From Lepidodermella squamata (Eukaryota; Animalia; Gastrotricha), in contig JBLDXI010000007.1 of the NCBI GenBank assembly GCA_047495785.1, positions 186,001 to 250,000 of the forward strand: DNA of 64,000 bases. Reading direction: 5' to 3'. Shown one piece after another: positions 59,287 through 64,000 of the stretch. Positions within the stretch are counted from its first letter, which is position 1, and each line of letters begins with the position of its first letter. A program made the translations under genes and the position numbers. Below the pieces are notes generated by a model. It did no database searches, had not been told where the DNA came from, and worked only from the letters and a program-made list of their open reading frames with translations.

Positions 59287-61256
59287 TCAGGTGTTTTTCA
59301 GGTAATAAGCTCTTCTTCTAGCTAAGCCTTGCAAATAAAAACGCGGCACAAGTGCGTTTTTCTCACGGCTAATTTGATTAAATTCAGAAAATACCGAAGC
59401 ATCGTCATCAAGTGGCATCATTCTGCCTTCACTTTGCCGTATTACGGAAGCATCCCAATCTCGGTAACTCCGCCAGGGAGTCGTTTGAGGTAACAGGCTG
59501 CTCTTTCGAAGCGTTGAATCGATTTGCTTCCTCATTTTCAACCGGCGTTTCACCCCAACAATTCCGTTTTGCGATAGATCTTTACTGTAAAATCGCTTTT
59601 TCGGCTTCCTTACCGATTTACTGAAATCTTCTTGTATTAAGCTTCGAGTCGTAGATTCAAGAAGCTGGGCATTGAACTTGGTGCATGAATTCAGGCATTC
59701 GTCTCGGGTTAAAAATGTCGTGTCGACAGGTTTGACGTAGGAGAAAGCGCCAATACAGTACAGGTACTCCAAACAGTCGGACGAAGTTGCGTCGTAGTAA
59801 AATCGCTTCACCCACGAATAACAATTTTTAACAGTTTTTGGCAGGCCTAAACAACGGCTGTCGGTTATTGGAACTGGCGTAAAACCGACTGTTAGCATCA
59901 CCCGTTGCGGTTCATTGGTCGCGGCTGGGGCCAAGGTCGTCACTAATAAATCTACGAGAATTCGAAGCTAAAATGTTCGAATATAATTTCGCTTTTACCT
60001 TGATCTTCGCCGCTATTCACTTCTCCATCTATCACTGGTGTTGTAGTAGCCAGCATATACCGAGGTATGGTTGTGAACGCTCGTAGCAGCTTTTTGAGCC
60101 TAGGGTCTCGTTTCCAAGATATAGACGGGCTTTGATGTAACGGCAGAGACAGCGGAGGAGGGCTGTCGTCAGCTGGGTCAAGAAATTTTCGATAACTGCT
60201 TAATGAGAAAGATAATGCTGGGTATCGCAGCGTTCTTATTGCGGAGTCTCCTTTGATGACATCTGCAAAATTCAATAGGAAATATAAGATAATGGTCAGA
60301 TCTCAACTATCAATCGGTTACAAAATGTACAAAATTGTAAACCGTACATCGGAGTAATTTTAGACAGTGTATAATGATGGAAATTTTTTATCAATCAAGG
60401 CTTGTATTTTAAGCTTGACTGCCCTCTGTTAGGGTTCTGCCTTCCAATTCGGATTTGACGATAATTTTCTTCAATTTCAAGAGCGAACGAGTTAGAAAAT
60501 ACACAAATGAGCGTCCATAATTACCCGAAAAATTGAGCAATCGCGCATTTTAAATTGCCAAAAATAAGGTAAAAAGTAGTAAAATTCTCAAAAATTCGTA
60601 AAATTGGAAGAAAATCAGGAGTCAAATTACCAAATTTTTCAAAGAATTTTTCGAGCAAACTTACAGTTAGCCTTGGCTAGATCGTCAGCGCTAAATAAGG
60701 TGACAATCGCATTATCATGGTCGGCGGCTGGGAATAATCCAGCTGCCAACTGCCGAGTAGCTGTTTGAATGGCAACTTCCTGCGCCCGGGCGATTGCCGA
60801 ATCGTAAAACACTCCGACAACATCGCCTTTTCGAACAGTTATCGCATTTCGCGGGCGAAATTCAGCCCAATAAGACAGGTTGCTGTATAGAGATTCTCCG
60901 GTTTTTAAAAATGACACCCCATGAACGTAATTATCCCCGACCATTGACAGATAGGTGCCGTTTCCCATTGGTCGAAAAACGGCGAGGTGCAGGCCCCAGA
61001 CAACGTCGAGATTAGTCAGAAAATTCCACTGTACTATGGCGCCACTGCAGGGTATTCTTAAATTAAGGTAGATTGTTAGGCCAAGTTCGCGAAACGGGTA
61101 CTTTTCAAATGGAGCGTCAGAGATAGATACAGGCTTGATTGGGCATTTATGCCGGTTGAGATCAATTTGGCGGTTAAAATGGCCCAGTAGAGGGCGTAGG
61201 TTGAAAGAAATAAAAATTAGCACCAGTGCCGACAGCTGACTTGAATATCTTGCCAT
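59287..61256 (-). CDS. K6: secreted GLHLAxFRP-domain plus Kunitz domain protein
   Basis: 3 exons; LRIPCSGAIVQWNF, WGLHLAVFRP, GDVVGVFYD, RYPAL; Kunitz CLGLPKTVKNCYSWVKRFYYDATSSDCLEYLYC..FLTRDECLNSC. Confidence 0.82.
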
Positions 61257-62072
61257 CAATCAATAAAATTCGCAAAATTATGATGATATATGCCAATAAG
61301 CATTCATAAATAACCAATATTTTAACATTTCTTGAATGAGACCTAAAATATATCCGTTAAAAATAAAGAATAATACTTGAGGAAATTAAGTGATGATTTT
61401 TCAAATTTTTCAAAAATTCAAGTTTTGAAATTGACAAGAGTAAAGAATTGTTGTTATTTTAATGTTAGTTTTGTTTGCATGCAATGCGATGAAGATTTTT
61501 AATAGCGGTTGAATAAATGGCACGTCCCAACGCGGCGCGGGCTCTCAAAAAGCGCGCGCATTAATTACTCGCCCGTAATTAACGTATAGGAACGCTAGAA
61601 GACGCCAATAAACATGGGTTAGTTAGCTGTATACATCATCAACTGCGCGCGAGACACTTGAGTGACCTGATTCATATTATGCCGTGGCGTGCGGCGGTTA
61701 AACTATATTAATAAAAATAATTGTAATTACTCGACGATGCAATTGCGCAAGCGATCAGCTAATTATGAATTTTGATCGTATAATACATTCAAAAATAATG
61801 TCTTCGGAGATTTACGCTATTATTTCGCGGATTGCAACAATTTTTAACGCGCCATTATTTGCCATAAAAAAGTGACACCGCTTTTGATGTTACCTCTCTA
61901 TGCGCGAGAAAACTTTACCGCAACACCGACAATCACTATGTTTGTTCTAACAACGATACAAATAAAACATTTAACAGCGTCGTGTTATTTCTGAATTCAT
62001 GAATGCCAAAAGACAAAATTGGCGCAAAGAATGCACCTTTAGTCTTCACCCTCAACAGGAACAATAGGTCTT

Positions 62073-62240
62073 TCTCAAAAAAGTCTCTTTACCCACCTAA
62101 AAAAAATGAGGACGCGGAAGAACTTTGTCACGTTGTTTCTAAGGGACAATTAAAAAAATAGTAGAATAAATAGAAACAACGTGACAAAGTTCTTCCGCGT
62201 CCTCATTCTTTTTAGGTGGGTAAAGGGACTTTTTTTGAGA
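62073..62240. repeat. Near-perfect inverted repeat (~69-bp arms), hairpin/MITE
   Basis: tctcaaaaaagtctctttacccacctaaaa..gtcacgttgtttcta versus tagaaacaacgtgac..ttttaggtgggtaaagggactttttttgaga. Confidence 0.9.
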
Positions 62241-63247
62241 GTGGTCATAAGCCGTTAAATGACCCAATCAGGTTTTTTGTACCAGGCTAAGTGATGATAG
62301 GGACGATCAGGTATGACTTTTTTTACGAAGACTTTGGCCACGCAGAATAATCTTTGCATAAAGCTGTGATTGACATAGTATTTCGAAGCCGCCTGCTTCC
62401 CGCTCAAGTGATTTTTGGACATTCGATTCCTTCAAACTTTCATCCACCTTCGTGCTGGCTTATAATTGGAGATTTTCATAGCCACTTCCTAAATTCGGCT
62501 GCCGGCCGATTTTTGAACATGAAGTGCTGTGCAGCAGTTTTTTCACGAAGATCAAGCAATTTGCACTGTCTGTTTCAATCTGTTTCGTGACTTTTCAAGC
62601 ACCTGATCGCAAAAAATGATAATAAATGGGCTAGGTGGATCATGAGGAAAAGCTCACAGGTAAAGCAACAAAGGCAATTTCCACACTAAACTTATCGAGG
62701 AAAATTTAACGGTATCAAGCTTAAGAAGAGCCATAAATTGGCCACAAATCAAGGTAAAATCATCCGGACTTGTGGGAACTGGCATTCGATAGCCCGAGGA
62801 TTCTTCTATAAATTTGTTTTTTTGCCAATTTTTTTTCAAAAAATTCAACAGGATGGCTAAGTAGGGAATACCCTAAAAGTGGCCGAATTTAGGGTGCAAT
62901 GCTCTATAATATCAAAGCCAAAAAATTGCATCATTTTTACCTACCGGTTTTAGACAAAGTTTTGGTGTTTACCACGAAATTTCAATCTTGGTTAATAGTG
63001 TATTTTTTGCCTCTTTGAGAAAAAATTTACTAATGAAGTTTGTAAATTATAGTAGGTTGAAAATCGCAGTCCGTGATTTGTAAAACAACAGCGCACTTGT
63101 TCAAAAGCAGGCGGTGTTTTTTTCAAATCACGTGTATCCAAAGCAAAATACGCGCGCGCGTGGCTGTCCGCTGACCTAAAAAATGTGTTTCAATTCATTT
63201 TATTTTCATGATTTCAGTTGCACGAGAACAAGCTTTATTATTACCAG

Positions 63248-63409
63248 ATGTTGTATTTTCCGTGTTTTTGGCTGTCATTTGTCACTGCCGCAGCTTTTTT
63301 CCAAGCGGCTTCGTGCTACAACTGGCTGCGATGCTTCTCACAATTCGACAACACATTCGTTCAATGCCGAAATGACGCCCCCAACTGTCCAACGCTTACA
63401 GAATATCAA
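63248..63409 (+). CDS. Probable first coding exon of a small secreted Cys-containing protein
   Basis: MLYFPCFWLSFVTAAAFFQAASCYNWLRCFSQFDNTFVQCRNDAPNCPTLTEYQ followed by a GT donor; downstream exons unresolved. Confidence 0.45.
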
Positions 63410-64000
63410 GTTAGAGAATTATTCACGCTAGAATAAAATTGTTAATTAAAAAATCACTAAATTATGAAGTTGAGAATAAATCTTTCATCTTGAGAAAGAG
63501 TAATCATTTATTTTTTCTATCTTGAAAATTTAATTTTGCAAATCTGCGATAACTATTTCATTCTATCTAATATTTTACGGGTTCTCCTCTTACCGGAACC
63601 TAATTTGCGATTGCGGAACCATATTTATTGGACGTAGAACCACTTTTCAGAATTTCGAAAGGTGATACAATATCGTAAGTCTGAATAAAGGATTTTTAAA
63701 TTCAGCGTAAAATTATTTACAAGACGTAGCATTCACGTTAGAAATCATACATTGTCTCAAATTCTTGGAGTGATTTAAAAATCAATATTTGGCATATTTT
63801 CAATATTTTCAGGTACACGCTCAAAATAAGGAGCCTCTACACGGGTGACAAATTATAATTGAATTGTAAATCGCAATTTTGGCCCCCTATGGGGATAATT
63901 GCAGTTCCTATTTGAGTCGTCTAGGGGTGTATCTCTGTTTCTTTCGACACCTCCCTCACCTTCCCGGTCGTTCTATGGGGTTTTGCTTCGAGCGCGTATA

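Noticed and set aside
62290-62850. Coding-looking sequence beside the hairpin
   Set aside because: Stops interrupt the plausible frames; possibly decayed TE, with no recognisable motif.

Overview
Eukaryotic, compact-genome invertebrate DNA. Introns are mostly 45-70 nt GT-AG, often ending (T)TTCAG/TTTAG; a nematode-like ecdysozoan is inferred, not proven. The ORF track fragments nearly every gene, so I built gene models by manual splicing. The window is dominated by three local expansions. (1) Sixteen small secreted proteins (P1-P16: 5.5-21.3 kb, plus one at 30 kb) sharing a C-terminal CxxC(F)x|phase-0 intron|x8-C(L)RR(P)-x12-14-C module that I cannot assign to a known family. (2) Six secreted proteins (K1-K6) with an unassigned ~170-aa domain (IPCDG..W.F..GLHLAxFRP..GDxIGxFYD), five ending in a degenerate Kunitz/BPTI domain. 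(3) Four head-to-tail GluN2/NMR-2-like ionotropic glutamate receptor genes (39.7-57.6 kb). All four end in a spliced-in CCHC zinc knuckle, three have Lys at the pore Q/R/N site, and one has lost the pore helix. Also present: a gustatory-receptor-like 7TM gene with a long Ser/Thr tail and furin site, cysteine dioxygenase, an NB-ARC/STAND-ankyrin-SOCS-box gene with a degenerate partial duplicate, a tRNA-derived SINE, several MITEs and a telomere-like intronic repeat.
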